Source: Azolla caroliniana
Lineage: Eukaryota > Plantae > Polypodiophyta
Direction of reading: 5' to 3'
Assembly (NCBI GenBank): GCA_043228905.1
Contig: JBHGNT010000002.1
Span: 8,804,001 to 8,868,000, forward strand
DNA length: 64,000 nt
In this document: positions 63,101-64,000 of the stretch, in pieces
How positions within the stretch are numbered: the first letter of the stretch is position 1
How the letters are laid out: every line of letters begins with the position of its first letter
Made by a program: the position numbers and the translations under genes
The notes under the pieces: model-generated
Databases searched by the model: none
Told to the model about the DNA's origin: nothing
What the model saw: the letters and a program-made list of their open reading frames with translations, nothing else

Positions 63101-64000
63101 GAATTTCTTGGCTACATCATTTCGTCAGAAGGCATCTCCATGGACCCAGCTAAGGTCAAAACGGTGGTAGAATGGCAGACTCCGCGTTCGGTGCGGGATG
63201 TGCAATGCTTCTTAGGCTTTGCCAATTTTTACCGGAAGTTCATACAAGATTACTCAAAGATCGTTCTACCTCTCACACAACTTACCAAGAAGGGACAACC
63301 GTTCATCTGGTCTGAAGAAACGGACATGGCTTTCGAGAGTCTTAAAAAGGCATTTACATCGGCTCCAATTCTAGCTCATGTCGATTCGGAAAAACCATTC
63401 ATCATCGAAGCTGACGCATCGGATTTTGCATTGTGGAGCATTTTGTCACAACAGGGGAATGATGAGAGGCTACATCCTGTGGCTTTTCACTCACGCAAGT
63501 TTGACGCCGCCGAAATCAACTACGAAATTCATGATAAGGAGCTATTGGCAATAGTGGATTCTTTTATGCAATGGAGGCATTTTCTGGAGGGATCCTCTCA
63601 TCCAGTCACCGTATTTAGTGACCACAAGAATCTTGCCTACTTTTAGGATGCTCGTGTGTTGAATCGACGTCAAGCTCGGTGGGCCCACTTCCTCATGCGT
63701 TTCGACTTCAAAATTACATATCGTCCGGGGAGGCACCAAGGGAAGGAAGATACATTATCACGGCATTCGTATCTAGCACCCCGTCCCGGCGAGCCAGCTT
63801 TCGATAACCAAAAACAAGTCATCTTGGGACTGGCACGACTACAAGCAACACAGATCTTTGACATGCCTATGGATTCCCGCGTTATCGATACCATACGTGA
63901 AGACTTGAAGACAGATGCGTTCGCCCAAGCTATACTAGCACAAATTGATCCCTCTCGAGCGTCGTGTTCACAATCGCAACCACCAGGTACAGACTATCGG
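60142..64000 (+). mobile_element. Gypsy chromovirus element E (Tcn1-like): 5' LTR, gag, pol; runs off the window end
   Basis: 5' LTR ~60142/60163-60586, similar to the D LTR; gag 60661-61812 (TPMEID, CLYCGGPGHIAINC); protease LLDSRA; [19 protein letters not shown]; RNase H EADASDFA, NYEIHDKELLAIV, SDHKNL. Several stops and frameshifts. Confidence 0.95.
60587..60600 (+). promoter_or_regulatory. Putative self-priming primer-binding site of element E
   Basis: GTTTGAACCAAATT directly after the LTR is nearly complementary to AATTGGTTCAAC (60381-60392), about 30 nt downstream of the LTR TATA box (60347). It does not begin with the TGG expected of a tRNA PBS. Confidence 0.7.

Overview
Eukaryotic, transposon-dense plant genomic DNA, most likely a non-seed land plant such as a fern. 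This is an inference from a self-priming, chromodomain-bearing Tcn1-like Gypsy family, plant-type Copia and L1 elements, and pervasive C>T/G>A decay. Only one intact host gene is visible: an intronless MFS/nodulin-like (NFD4-family) transporter at 15634-17568 (-). The rest is mostly nested, decayed LTR retrotransposons (five Copia copies, several Gypsy copies and solo LTRs), L1 fragments, a hAT-type MITE and tandem repeats. The most notable observation is missed by the ORF track. A spliced, bacterial-type beta-class amino (N4-cytosine/N6-adenine) DNA methyltransferase pseudogene lies at 10282-11361. A second, diverged copy with the same intron position lies inside a 3.9-kb terminal-inverted-repeat DNA transposon (51424-55363; 37-bp TIRs, 4-bp TSD). 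Together these suggest a DNA-transposon family that carries its own amino-methyltransferase. Separately, four different LTR families each carry an outward-facing tRNA-like A-box/B-box cassette near their 5' edge. All alignments and translations were done by eye, and no database searches were run.
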